A stretch of DNA of 64,000 nucleotides, taken from contig CAWFJJ010000001.1 of assembly GCA_963816185.1 (NCBI GenBank), positions 480,001 through 544,000 of the forward strand. The letters are read 5' to 3'. Both the position numbers and the translations under genes were made by a program. The notes under the pieces were generated by a model. It was not told the DNA's origin. It ran no database searches and saw nothing but the letters and a program-made list of their open reading frames with translations. Every line of letters starts with the position of its first letter. Position 1 is the first letter of the stretch. This document shows, piece after piece, positions 22,160 to 31,623 of this stretch. The DNA is from Thermoanaerobaculia bacterium (GTDB lineage: Bacteria > Acidobacteriota > Thermoanaerobaculia > UBA5066).

Positions 22160-23617
22160 TTGAGCGATATGGACCCGAAAGATCGAGTCCTGACGGCGTC
22201 CGACGACCCGCAGGAGCAGGAGGGTGACGTCGACGTCCCGGAGGGCGAATTCGAGACCGATTCCCCCGGCGGCGAGGGCGACGAGGGAGAAACCGCGAAC
22301 GCCGGCGGGCAACCCGTCCCCGAGGGCGAAGTCGCCCAGAACGCATTCGACCCCTATCGCCGGCGCCGACGCCGGCGCCGGCGGCGCGGACGCGGGCGCG
22401 GACCCGGCCCCGGAGGTCCGGGCGAAGGGGGCGGCCTGTTAACGCCTGAGGGCGTCTCTCCGGAAGCGAGGGGCCGTTACGCGCCTCGCGTCGAGCCGGC
22501 CGCGGTCGCGAACCAGCCGCGCGCGGCGGTCACGGGAATCGTCAAGCTTCACGGTGACCATTCCGGCACGCTCGTCTCCTCGACGACGTACTCCTCGGAG
22601 CGAGGAGATCCTTTTCTTCCGAAGTTCCTGGTCGAGTCCGAGGATCTCGAGGACGGCCTCCTCGTCGAAGCCGAGGCCGTCTCGCGAGGCCCGAAAGGCC
22701 CCATCGTCCAGAAGGTGGTCTCGATCGAGGGGCTCGAGCCGGCGGACTATCGCGGCAAGTACATCCAGTTCCACAAGGGCGTGTCGGTCGACCCCGACCG
22801 ACGGCTCCGGATGGAGACCGCCCCGGACGAGATCTCCGGCCGCGTCCTGGATCTCGTCGCGCCGATCGGCCGGGGCCAGCGCTGCCTGATCGTCGCGCCC
22901 CCGAAAGCGGGCAAGACTTTTCTCCTGAAGACGATGGCGAACGCCATCGCGAAGAACGACCCCGACGTCAAGATCTTCATGCTCCTCGTGGACGAACGTC
23001 CCGAGGAGGTCACTGACATGCAGCGGTCGATCACGGGCGAAGTGGTCGCCTCGCCGAGCGACCTCAACGCGGCGCACCACATCGCCGTCTCGGAAGCGTG
23101 CTTCGAAAGGGCCAAGCGCCTCGTCGAGATCGGCCACGACGCCGTCATCTTCTGCGACTCGATCACGCGGATGAGCCGCGCGTACAACAACGAGCAGCGC
23201 GGAAGCGGCCGCATTCTCTCGGGAGGAATCGACGCCCGGACGATGGAGAAGCCCCGCCGCTTCTTCGGCGGCGCGCGGAATCACGAGGGGGGCGGCTCGC
23301 TCACGATCATTGCCACGTGCCTCATCGACACCGGCAGCCGGATGGACGACGTCATCTTCGAGGAGTTCAAGGGCACCGGAAACAGCGAGATCATCCTCGA
23401 CCGCGGCCTCTTCGAGCGGCGCATCTTCCCGTGCATCAACATTCCGGCCTCCGGCACCCGCAAGGAGGAGAAGCTCTACGATCCGGACGAGCTGCCGAAG
23501 ATCCACAAGCTCCGCCGGGCCCTCTCCTCGGTGAAACCCATCGACGCGATGGAGCTCCTTCTCTCGAAGCTCGCGAAGTCGAAGACGAACAAGGAATTCC
23601 TGAAGAGCATCCTCTAG
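22160..23617 (+). CDS. rho: Transcription termination factor Rho with N-terminal acidic/Arg-rich extension
   Basis: APIGRGQRCLIVAPPKAGKT, LVDERPEEVTDM, DSITRMSRAYN, LSGGID, IFEEFKGTGNSE, SGTRKEE; GGAGGA just upstream of the TTG start. Confidence 0.96.
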   Translation: MSDMDPKDRVLTASDDPQEQEGDVDVPEGEFETDSPGGEGDEGETANAGGQPVPEGEVAQNAFDPYRRRRRRRRRRGRGRGPGPGGPGEGGGLLTPEGVSPEARGRYAPRVEPAAVANQPRAAVTGIVKLHGDHSGTLVSSTTYSSERGDPFLPKFLVESEDLEDGLLVEAEAVSRGPKGPIVQKVVSIEGLEPADYRGKYIQFHKGVSVDPDRRLRMETAPDEISGRVLDLVAPIGRGQRCLIVAPPKAGKTFLLKTMANAIAKNDPDVKIFMLLVDERPEEVTDMQRSITGEVVASPSDLNAAHHIAVSEACFERAKRLVEIGHDAVIFCDSITRMSRAYNNEQRGSGRILSGGIDARTMEKPRRFFGGARNHEGGGSLTIIATCLIDTGSRMDDVIFEEFKGTGNSEIILDRGLFERRIFPCINIPASGTRKEEKLYDPDELPKIHKLRRALSSVKPIDAMELLLSKLAKSKTNKEFLKSIL

Positions 23618-23624
23618 GCGTCCG

Positions 23625-24356
23625 TCAGAACGTCAGCTGGTAGGAGAGGTAGCTCTGGAACAGCGTGTCGCCGGAGATGCTCCGGCCGGCCGACGCCAGG
23701 AAGTGGTGATGGTCGTTGAAGTCGAGGACAAGGCCGACGTTGAAGCGCAGGTTGCCGTCGCCGCCCACCCGGTCGGGGGTCGTGTAGAAGACCTCGCCGC
23801 CGACCGACGCCAGCTTCGACACCTGTCGTTGAACCAGCCAGCCGACGGACCAGTAATCCCGGTTCCCCGCACCGGGATTGATCCAATAGCCTCCACCGCC
23901 GTAACTCATCCACGGCCCGAAACTCTTCTGGAGCCACACAGGTAGGAAGGCGCGCAGATGTCCGGCACCGAGGCCTCGTGACTCGCTTCCGAACGGCAGC
24001 TCGATTTGCGGGAAGGTCCCCACCATCGGGATCGACTCGCTCTCCTCGACGAACCGCAGCTTGGCGCCAAGCTCGACGTCGCCTAGGCCATACGCGGTCG
24101 GGCCGCCGGTCGGGCGCGAGTACGCGAGCGGGGCGATGAGATGAAGCTGGAGATTCGGTGCCGCTCCGAAGTTGACCTCGAAGTGCGGTGCCGTTCCGGC
24201 CGACCCGTTGGACGTGACCTCGTTCTGCATCGCAAGGTAGAACTCCCAGTGTCGGTAGGCGACGGGCTCGGGATCGTCGGTCACATACGGCGGCCCCGCG
24301 CTCGCGATGGCCGGTAAGAGCGCGAGCGCGCCGGCGAACGCCACAGCCGGGCGCAT
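23625..24356 (-). CDS. Putative outer-membrane beta-barrel of the GPPYxTDDPEP family (MetA-pathway/transporter-like)
   Basis: Signal peptide then GPPYVTDDPEPV; GLGDVELGAKLRF; terminal YQLTF. Confidence 0.7.
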   Translation of the reverse strand: MRPAVAFAGALALLPAIASAGPPYVTDDPEPVAYRHWEFYLAMQNEVTSNGSAGTAPHFEVNFGAAPNLQLHLIAPLAYSRPTGGPTAYGLGDVELGAKLRFVEESESIPMVGTFPQIELPFGSESRGLGAGHLRAFLPVWLQKSFGPWMSYGGGGYWINPGAGNRDYWSVGWLVQRQVSKLASVGGEVFYTTPDRVGGDGNLRFNVGLVLDFNDHHHFLASAGRSISGDTLFQSYLSYQLTF

Positions 24357-24430
24357 GAGCCTCACGGCAGCCACCATCGCCCCACGCCGCGGTAGCCGAT
24401 GAGGACCGCTATCCATGACCCCAAGATCTT

Positions 24431-25225
24431 CTATTCTTCGGGTGGGATGTAGAAGTCCGTCAGCCGTCGCATGACGTGGCGGGGGTCCTCCACGTGGAGG
24501 AAACGCGACGCGCCGGGGAATGTCGTTCCTTCCGCCCCGCGGATGCCCTGGACGATCGCGGCTGCGCAGCGCAGCCGCTCGGGGTCCTCGCGGTCGCCCA
24601 CGAGGACGATCGTGCGCGCGCGGATCTCGCCGAGCCTCTCGGCTTGCGTCGGCCCGGGATGCGCGGGACGCGCGAGCGAGCCGCCCGCGACGCGTGCCCG
24701 GCCGTAGATAGTCTGGAGGCGCTCGAAGGGCCCTTCCAGCGCGCGCGCCACGTCGAAGGCGGGTGAGGAGAGCCACTTTTCCATCGCCGTCCGCGGTGAG
24801 CGCGCAAAAGCCGACAGAAAATCACGCCGCGCCGCGAGCGTCTCGTCTTTCCAGCGAAATCCCTCCAGCGTCGGCGCGAGAAATGCGAGGGAGAGGGTCC
24901 GGGCCGGGAAGGCGAGCGCAAACTGGATCGCGACTTCGGCGCCGTCGTCGTGAGAGAGCAGATGCACCTTCTCCGTCGAGAACCAGTCGAGGAAGGACGC
25001 CGTCTCCGCCGCTTCGTCGGCGAGCGACAGGGGTTCGGGCGCGTCGCTCGAGCGGCCGTGACCCCTTCGATCGAAACGCACTGCGCGAAAGCCCGAAGAG
25101 ACGGCCGTGGCCGGCGCCTCGAGGAGATCCGCGTCCGCGAACGAGCCATGCAGGAGCACCACCGTCTCGCCGTCGCCGCTGACCTCGTAGTAGAGGCGAT
25201 GCCCCGAGAGACTCGCGTACGGCAT
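24431..25225 (-). CDS. Alpha/beta hydrolase fold protein with atypical catalytic motifs
   Basis: LYYEVSGDGETVVLLHGS, RFDRRGHGRS, elbow LSHDDGA, LVGDRED. Confidence 0.85.
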   Translation of the reverse strand: MPYASLSGHRLYYEVSGDGETVVLLHGSFADADLLEAPATAVSSGFRAVRFDRRGHGRSSDAPEPLSLADEAAETASFLDWFSTEKVHLLSHDDGAEVAIQFALAFPARTLSLAFLAPTLEGFRWKDETLAARRDFLSAFARSPRTAMEKWLSSPAFDVARALEGPFERLQTIYGRARVAGGSLARPAHPGPTQAERLGEIRARTIVLVGDREDPERLRCAAAIVQGIRGAEGTTFPGASRFLHVEDPRHVMRRLTDFYIPPEE

Positions 25226-25234
25226 CGGCGTCTC

Positions 25235-26890
25235 TCAGGCCGGCGCGGCCGCTTCGACGCGGCCGGCGACGCGGCGTCCGCGACGGCGCCTCCGGCGCTT
25301 CGCGTGTGCCGCCGGCGTCGAAGCGGAAGGCTCCTCCGGCTCCGCGCCGAACCCTCCGTGCGGCACCTCGAGTCCGAAGGCCTCGCGTGTCCAGAAATCC
25401 GCGACGGAGAGCGAGACGGGAGGCTTGGAAGAAGGTGCTTCGAGGGAAGAGACGGGAGGAGGGAGGGGAGCTGAAGAGGGGATTTCTTCGAAGGCAGGCG
25501 GGGCAGGAGATTCCGCTTCGCGCTCCGTGATGTCTTTTCGCCCCGGCGCTGCCGCGGAGAGCAGCCGAGCCGAAATCGCGGCCTCCGCCTCTTCGACCTT
25601 CGAAGAAATCTTCGGCGCCGGAGGCGCCGTCTTCTCTTCGCGCAAAGAAATCTTCGGCGGTGCCGGAGGCGCCGCGATCTCCTTCGGTTTCGCGGGGACG
25701 GCGCCTGATGCGAAGAGCCCCTCGTCGGGGTGCTCCACGGGGATCTTCATTCCGATGAGGCGCTGAATCGCGTCGAGCGAGAACACGTAGTCCTCGTCCG
25801 CGAGCGAGATCGCTTTTCCGGAATGCCCGGCGCGCGCCGTTCGTCCGATCCGGTGAACGTAGTCCTCGGGGTCCTGGGGAAGGTCCACGTTGATGACGTG
25901 CGTGACGCCTTCGATGTGGAGCCCCCGCGACGCGACGTCCGTGGCCACGAGCAGCGGCAGGACGCCGCTCTTGAAGTCCTGGAGGATCTTGAGGCGCCGC
26001 GCCTGCGGGATGTCTCCCGTGAGCGCGCCGGCGCGGAATCCGTGCCTTTCGAGGTTCGCGAGGAGGCGCTCGGCGAAGCGCTTCGTGTTCACGAAGAGCA
26101 TCGTGCGCTCGACGCCCTCGCGTCTCAGGAGTCCGAGGAGCAGGGGAATCTTCTCGCGCTGCGAGACGTGGTAAAGCGTTTGCGTCACGCGGTCGGCAGT
26201 GATCTGCTCGGGCCGGATCTCGATCTTGCGCGCGTCGTTCAAGTGCTCGTACGCGAGCTCCATGACGCGAAGCGACAGCGTCGCCGAGAAGAGCATCGAG
26301 TGCCGGCGGCCCGGAGGCGGGCAGCGGCGGAGGATGCGCCTCAGGTCCTTGATGAAGCCGAGGTCGAACAGGCGGTCCGCTTCGTCGATGACGAGCGACT
26401 CCACCTCGCCGAACGACGTCGCGCCCTGCTGCTCGTAGTCGAGGAGGCGCCCCGGAGTTCCGATGAGGAGGTCGCAGCCGGCCCGGAGCTGGTCGCGCTG
26501 GCGGCCGTAGTCGATGCCGCCGAAGACGGTCACGATGCGCATCTTCACGAAGTGCCCGAGCTGGCGCGCATCGTCCTGGATCTGGACGGCCAGCTCGCGC
26601 GTGGGCGCGACGATGAGCGCGCGCGGGTTCCCCGACGCCTTGTGGCGCTTCGACCGCACGAAACGCGTGAAGATCGCCACGAGATACGCGGCCGTTTTCC
26701 CGGTTCCCGTCTGGGCCTGGGCGGCGACGTCCTGGCCGGCGAGAAGAAGGGGAAGCGTCGCGGCCTGGATGGGCGTCGCCCGGACGAATCCGCATCCGGC
26801 GATGCCCGCGCTCACCGCGTGCGGCAGCTTCAGGTCGGCGAAGTAGACGTCAGAAAGGTAATCCGAAAATTTCCCCGCGGGAGCGGTCAT
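25235..26890 (-). CDS. DEAD-box ATP-dependent RNA helicase (RhlB/RhlE-like) with long disordered C-terminus
   Basis: Q motif ATPIQ, AQTGTGKT, PTRELA, TPGR, DEAD, SAT, TDVASRGLH, HRIGRTAR. Confidence 0.95.
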   Translation of the reverse strand: MTAPAGKFSDYLSDVYFADLKLPHAVSAGIAGCGFVRATPIQAATLPLLLAGQDVAAQAQTGTGKTAAYLVAIFTRFVRSKRHKASGNPRALIVAPTRELAVQIQDDARQLGHFVKMRIVTVFGGIDYGRQRDQLRAGCDLLIGTPGRLLDYEQQGATSFGEVESLVIDEADRLFDLGFIKDLRRILRRCPPPGRRHSMLFSATLSLRVMELAYEHLNDARKIEIRPEQITADRVTQTLYHVSQREKIPLLLGLLRREGVERTMLFVNTKRFAERLLANLERHGFRAGALTGDIPQARRLKILQDFKSGVLPLLVATDVASRGLHIEGVTHVINVDLPQDPEDYVHRIGRTARAGHSGKAISLADEDYVFSLDAIQRLIGMKIPVEHPDEGLFASGAVPAKPKEIAAPPAPPKISLREEKTAPPAPKISSKVEEAEAAISARLLSAAAPGRKDITEREAESPAPPAFEEIPSSAPLPPPVSSLEAPSSKPPVSLSVADFWTREAFGLEVPHGGFGAEPEEPSASTPAAHAKRRRRRRGRRVAGRVEAAAPA

Positions 26891-26962
26891 CCGCGGTCAT
26901 TGTAGCGTCCGGTGCGTTCTCGTCGCGTCCGATATACTCGATCGACGCGCGCCTCTTCTCCC

Positions 26963-28888
26963 ATGACGCCGCTGTCCGGCCGCCGCCCCGTCCTCTTCGC
27001 GCTCGGCATCGCGGCATTCGTGATCGCATTCACGACGGACGAGCGCGTCTTCGGCCTGATCACCGACGGGCAGGTCATGACCCGCACGGCCTACGCGATG
27101 TCCGCTCTCGGAGAGATCGGGATCGCGCGAGGCCACCCGGTCAACATCGCGCGGCCCTCCGGGGACGCCGTGACGCGGTACGGGATGGGTCCGTCGCTCG
27201 TTCGGGTTCCGATCACGGCTCTCGCGGGTCCCTTCGAGAACGTTTTCGGGCTGGGCTCTTCGCAGACTCTCTTCGTGCTCGAGCAGATCCTGCTCGTCCT
27301 CCTCGCGGCCGGTGCGGCGAGCCTTCTCGCGCGCGCCGTAGGCGCGGGACCTGCCGGAACGCGCCGCGCTTGCCTCGCTGCGGCGATCGCGTCGCCCCTG
27401 TGGGCCTACGCGGGGTCCGACTGGTCCGAGCCGCTTCAGGCGGCGTGCGTCGGTGGCGCCTTCGCGTGCGCGGCGCTCGTGGGCCGCCCGGACGCGAGGC
27501 GCGACGGACTGCTCGCGGCCGGGGCCGGGGCGCTCGCGGCCTTCGCGCTCCTCTCGAAGTCCGTCTTCGTCGTTCTTCCGCCCCTCCTCCTCGCGGTCGT
27601 CGTCCTCGAGGCGCCGAGGGGAAGGCGCGTCGCGCGCGCCCTGGCGTTCCTCGCGGGCGCGGCGCCGTTCGCCGCGCTCTGGCTGGCGTTCGAGATCGCG
27701 CGTTTCGGAAGACCGTTCGCGTCGTACGCCGGAGAGCCTTTCAGCCACGCCCCGCTCGACGGCCTGTGGCGACTCACGGTCGGAGTGAACAAGGGGCTCT
27801 TTCTGTACTTTCCGCTGGCGCTCCTCGGGGTGTGGGGTTTTGTCCGCGTCGCGAGGGCGCGGCGCGTCCTCGGGCTCGCCCTTGCGGGGTTCGCGGCTTT
27901 CCTGCTCGTGACGACGGCCGCGTGGTGGTCCTGGGACGGCGCGTCGGGATGGGGACCGCGCCTCCTCGTGCCGCTCGTCCCCCTTCTGGCAGCCGCGGCG
28001 GCCGTTGGGGCGCCGGCGCGGCCGGCGGCGGCGTTCACGGTTCTCTTCGGGCTGGGAGTCGCCGTGAACGCGCTGGGCGTCCTGCAGCCCGACGGCCCGA
28101 CGACCTGGTACTACATGGTCCTTCCCCAGAAGCCTCTCACCGAGGCCGAGACGCGCGCCTACGCGCCATACGCCGTGTTGCGCGTCGCAGGTGAGACGCC
28201 GCGTCTCGGCCAGTGGTTCGACGTCGCGAATCACGCGGAGCTCTCGCCGATCAAGGTCACGGCGTGGCTCCTCGCGCACCGGCTCGCGGGAGGCGACGTT
28301 CTCGCCGTGCTGAAGACGCCTCCGTGGCGGACGGACCGCCCGGGCTTCGAGATGGCGGTGCCGCCCGAGCAGGCGATCCCTCCGAGCGCGCTCGTCTTCC
28401 TGACCTCTCCTTTCCGCTGGCCGCATCTCGGCATGTCGCTCACGCGTCGGGCCGACCAGCCGGATACCGTTCTCGCCTTCATCGACTGCCTCTACGACCA
28501 GGCGCTCCGCGCGGAGGACATGCGCTCCGCGGACCGCGCGATCGAGTTCGGGGAAGAGCTTTATCGGCGCGTGCCCTCGCCGAAGACGATCACCGCGCTC
28601 GCCGAGGCGTACCGGCTCGCGGGGAAGCGCGAGACGTTTCTCGACTTCGTGCGCTCGCTCCCTCCCGCTCAGAGAAGCGCCCCGGATTTCGGGATGCTGC
28701 TCGCCCTCGCGGCGCGTGATTCGGGAAACGAAAGGCTCGCCCGCGAGATCCTCGGACAGGTGCTGCGGGCGGGCGGGCGGCCCGAGTACGCACGTCTCGC
28801 GTCCCTGCCTCTCGCGGAATGGCCCGCGACGCTGCACGAGGCGCAGCTTCCAAGGGCGCTTGAGGCGGGCGAGGAGCCCCGGCGATAG
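26963..28888 (+). CDS. Polytopic membrane protein, GT-C glycosyltransferase-like, with C-terminal helical region
   Basis: About 10 TM segments; TRYGMGPS, ASPLWAYA..WSEP, KGLFLYFP, WWSWDGASGWGPRLLVP. Confidence 0.6.
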   Translation: MTPLSGRRPVLFALGIAAFVIAFTTDERVFGLITDGQVMTRTAYAMSALGEIGIARGHPVNIARPSGDAVTRYGMGPSLVRVPITALAGPFENVFGLGSSQTLFVLEQILLVLLAAGAASLLARAVGAGPAGTRRACLAAAIASPLWAYAGSDWSEPLQAACVGGAFACAALVGRPDARRDGLLAAGAGALAAFALLSKSVFVVLPPLLLAVVVLEAPRGRRVARALAFLAGAAPFAALWLAFEIARFGRPFASYAGEPFSHAPLDGLWRLTVGVNKGLFLYFPLALLGVWGFVRVARARRVLGLALAGFAAFLLVTTAAWWSWDGASGWGPRLLVPLVPLLAAAAAVGAPARPAAAFTVLFGLGVAVNALGVLQPDGPTTWYYMVLPQKPLTEAETRAYAPYAVLRVAGETPRLGQWFDVANHAELSPIKVTAWLLAHRLAGGDVLAVLKTPPWRTDRPGFEMAVPPEQAIPPSALVFLTSPFRWPHLGMSLTRRADQPDTVLAFIDCLYDQALRAEDMRSADRAIEFGEELYRRVPSPKTITALAEAYRLAGKRETFLDFVRSLPPAQRSAPDFGMLLALAARDSGNERLAREILGQVLRAGGRPEYARLASLPLAEWPATLHEAQLPRALEAGEEPRR

Positions 28889-28897
28889 GATGAACGC

Positions 28898-30463
28898 GTG
28901 AGCGTCACCGTCGAGGTTCCGAAAATCGAGAGACTGGACGCGGCTCCGTTGGCTGTGAGGTCTCCGGCGACGGGCGAGCTCGTCGGCGAGGTCTCCGATC
29001 TCGACGTCGCGGGGGTTGCCGCGGCCGTGACGCGCTCCCGCTCCGCGGCTCCGTCCTGGGCCGCGGCGTCGCTCGAGATGCGGATCGAGGCTCTCTTGAA
29101 GTGGCGAGACCTCATCCTCGACACGCCGCTCGTGCCCGAGACTCTCGTCAGAGAGAGCGGCAAGCCCCGGCACGAGGCCGAGGGGATCGAAGTTCTCTAC
29201 CTCTGCGAGCTCATTCGGGCGATGACGAGGCTCTCGCACCGTGGGCTTGCCGAGGAGACCCGTCACCCGCTTCTTTTCCTGACGAAGAAGACGCGCCTCG
29301 TGCGCCACCCGTTCGGGGTCGTGGGCGTCATCGGCCCCTGGAATTTCCCGATCCTGAACAACGCGGCCGACGCCGTGGCGCCGCTTCTGGCCGGCAACAC
29401 GGTCGTGCTCAAACCTTCGGAGGTCACCCCCCTCACATCGCTCGTCCTTCGCGACCTCTGGGCGAGCGCGGGGAATCCGCCGGACGTCTTCCAGGTCGTC
29501 ACGGGAAGGGGCCCCACGGGGGCCGCCGTCGTGGACCTCGTGGACGCCGTCATGTTCACCGGCTCCGTCGCGACCGGCCGGAGGATCGCCTCGCGCTGCG
29601 GAGAGCGTCTGATCCCCTGTGTGACCGAGCTGGGCGGCAAGTCGCCGTTCATCGTCCTTCCTGGCGCGGACGTCGAGCGGGCGGCCGAAGCTGCGGCGTG
29701 GTCGAGCTTCATCCATTCGGGCCAGGTGTGCGTCCGCACGGAGCGCATTTACGTGCACGCCTCTGTCGCAGACCATTTCGAACAGCTCCTCGTGTCGCGC
29801 GTCGCGGCGCTCCGCCAGGCGGCGCCGGACCCGTCGGGCGGCGCGCACGACCTCGGCTCCGTGACGTTCGCGCGCCAGATCGAGGTCGTGGAGCGGCAGA
29901 TCGCCGACGCGAAGGCGAAGGGCGGGCGCGTCCTGATTGGCGGCGCGCGCCGCGGGAACGGCCCGGGTCTCTTCTTCGAGCCCACGGTCCTCTCGGGCGC
30001 CACGCACGATATGGAAGTCATGCGCGAGGAGACGTTCGGCCCGCTCGTTCCCGTCATGCGCTTCTGGGAGGACGAAGAGGCGCTTCGCCTCGCGAACGAC
30101 ACGCACCTCGGCCTCAATGCGACGGTCTTCGGGCCGCCCGGAAAGGCCGAAGCTTTCGCGCGTCGCCTGCAGTCGGGCCAGGCGATCGTGAACGACGTCC
30201 TCGTGAACTACTTCGTCGTCGAGTCGCCTCTCGGCGGGTGGCGCTCGAGCGGCCTCGGCGCGCGGCATGGCATCGAGGGCCTCAGGCAGTGGACGCGCAT
30301 CGAGGCGATCACGACGCGGAGGCCCGCCCTTGCGGTCGTCGATCGTTTCCTCGCGAAGAAGCTCGCGTTCCCGTACGACCCGCACGTCCTGTCGGTCCTG
30401 CGCCTCGCGATGCGCATCCTCTACCGGCGCGGACTCGCCGCGAAGCTGCGTCGTCCGTCCTGA
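28898..30463 (+). CDS. Aldehyde dehydrogenase family protein
   Basis: GVIGPWNFP, LKPSEVTP, FTGSVATG, ELGGK, catalytic GQVC, EETFGP. Confidence 0.94.
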   Translation: MSVTVEVPKIERLDAAPLAVRSPATGELVGEVSDLDVAGVAAAVTRSRSAAPSWAAASLEMRIEALLKWRDLILDTPLVPETLVRESGKPRHEAEGIEVLYLCELIRAMTRLSHRGLAEETRHPLLFLTKKTRLVRHPFGVVGVIGPWNFPILNNAADAVAPLLAGNTVVLKPSEVTPLTSLVLRDLWASAGNPPDVFQVVTGRGPTGAAVVDLVDAVMFTGSVATGRRIASRCGERLIPCVTELGGKSPFIVLPGADVERAAEAAAWSSFIHSGQVCVRTERIYVHASVADHFEQLLVSRVAALRQAAPDPSGGAHDLGSVTFARQIEVVERQIADAKAKGGRVLIGGARRGNGPGLFFEPTVLSGATHDMEVMREETFGPLVPVMRFWEDEEALRLANDTHLGLNATVFGPPGKAEAFARRLQSGQAIVNDVLVNYFVVESPLGGWRSSGLGARHGIEGLRQWTRIEAITTRRPALAVVDRFLAKKLAFPYDPHVLSVLRLAMRILYRRGLAAKLRRPS

Positions 30464-30488
30464 CGCGGCTCCCCGTACAATCGAGCGG

Positions 30489-31616
30489 ATGAAGGCTCTT
30501 CTCGCCGCACTCGCGGCCTCCGTCGTCGTTTCTTTCGCCGCGCTCGCGCAAACGGGCAAGCCCGCGGCCAAGCCGTCGCCCGCTTCGTCCGCCGGGCTCG
30601 AAGTCTCGACCGGCAGCGCCGCTCCGAAGGGGGGCACCAAGGCGAAAGTCGAGGACCTGCGCGTTCTCGGAGGCGAGTCGGCCGACCCCTTCGAGCTCGA
30701 ACGCCTCGGCCTCGCCGCCGTGAACGCGAATCAGCTCGACCGCGCGCGCGTCTTCTTCGAGCGGGCGTGGAAGCTCGGCGAGCTTCCGACGGCCGCATAC
30801 AACCTCGCCTGTCTCGACGCGCGCACCGGGCGCATCGATCAGGCCTTCGCCCGGCTCGACAAGGCCGTCGCCGCGGGGTTCGACGACGGCGTCTCGCTCG
30901 AGAAGGATCCCGATCTCGCGGCCCTTCGAGCCAAGCCGAAGTTCAAAGGAATCGTCTCCGGGGCGGCGAGGAACCGCGCCTCCGGCGACGCGGCAGTCGT
31001 GAAAGAAGGCGTGTTCCTCGTGCCGAAGAACGGCGCCTTGGCGATCCTTCTCCTTCTCCACGACAAGGAGTCCGATCCCTTCACCGTGAGCGGGCCTTTC
31101 ACGGACGTCGCGCTGTCGCATCGTCTCTGCGTCGCGGCTCCGCGCGGGCCCGGCCGTTCCGCGAGGAAGCGGTTCGGCTGGGGCTCGGCGGACCGTGCCC
31201 GGAAGGCGATCAACGCGGCCGTGGACGCGGCGCGCCGGAAGGCCGGAAACCAGAAACTTCCCGTGCTCCTCGTGGGCGTGGGGCGGGGAGGCACCGAGGC
31301 CTTCACGGCCGCCGCACGCAGCGCGCCCGGCACGTTCGCGGGCGTCGGCTCGATCGGAGGACCGTTCGATCCCGGTGCCGCGCCGAACCCCGCCGGTCTT
31401 CGCGGCGCGCGCCTCTTCCTCGGATTTTCGCGCGACGCGTCGCCGGCCGAGGTCGCCGCGACCCGGCGCGGCCTCGACGTTCTGCGACAGCAGGGGTTTC
31501 AACCCATGGTCGCCGAGTGGCCGGGATCGGGCTCCGGGTTTCCGAGGGACGTCCCGCGCGCGGTGAAGGAGACGCTCGACGCGTTCGCGGGCCAGACGCC
31601 CGCCGCGCCGCGCTGA
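30489..31616 (+). CDS. Secreted TPR plus esterase-like alpha/beta fold protein
   Basis: Signal MKALLAALAAS...; AAYNLACLDAR...AFARLDKAVAAGF...DPDLAALR; then LLLLHD, LLVGVGRGG. Confidence 0.65.
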   Translation: MKALLAALAASVVVSFAALAQTGKPAAKPSPASSAGLEVSTGSAAPKGGTKAKVEDLRVLGGESADPFELERLGLAAVNANQLDRARVFFERAWKLGELPTAAYNLACLDARTGRIDQAFARLDKAVAAGFDDGVSLEKDPDLAALRAKPKFKGIVSGAARNRASGDAAVVKEGVFLVPKNGALAILLLLHDKESDPFTVSGPFTDVALSHRLCVAAPRGPGRSARKRFGWGSADRARKAINAAVDAARRKAGNQKLPVLLVGVGRGGTEAFTAAARSAPGTFAGVGSIGGPFDPGAAPNPAGLRGARLFLGFSRDASPAEVAATRRGLDVLRQQGFQPMVAEWPGSGSGFPRDVPRAVKETLDAFAGQTPAAPR

Positions 31617-31623
31617 GAGCCGC

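Noticed and set aside
26897-30640. 1247-aa minus-strand ORF
   Set aside because: Antisense to the membrane protein and aldehyde dehydrogenase; no independent signature.
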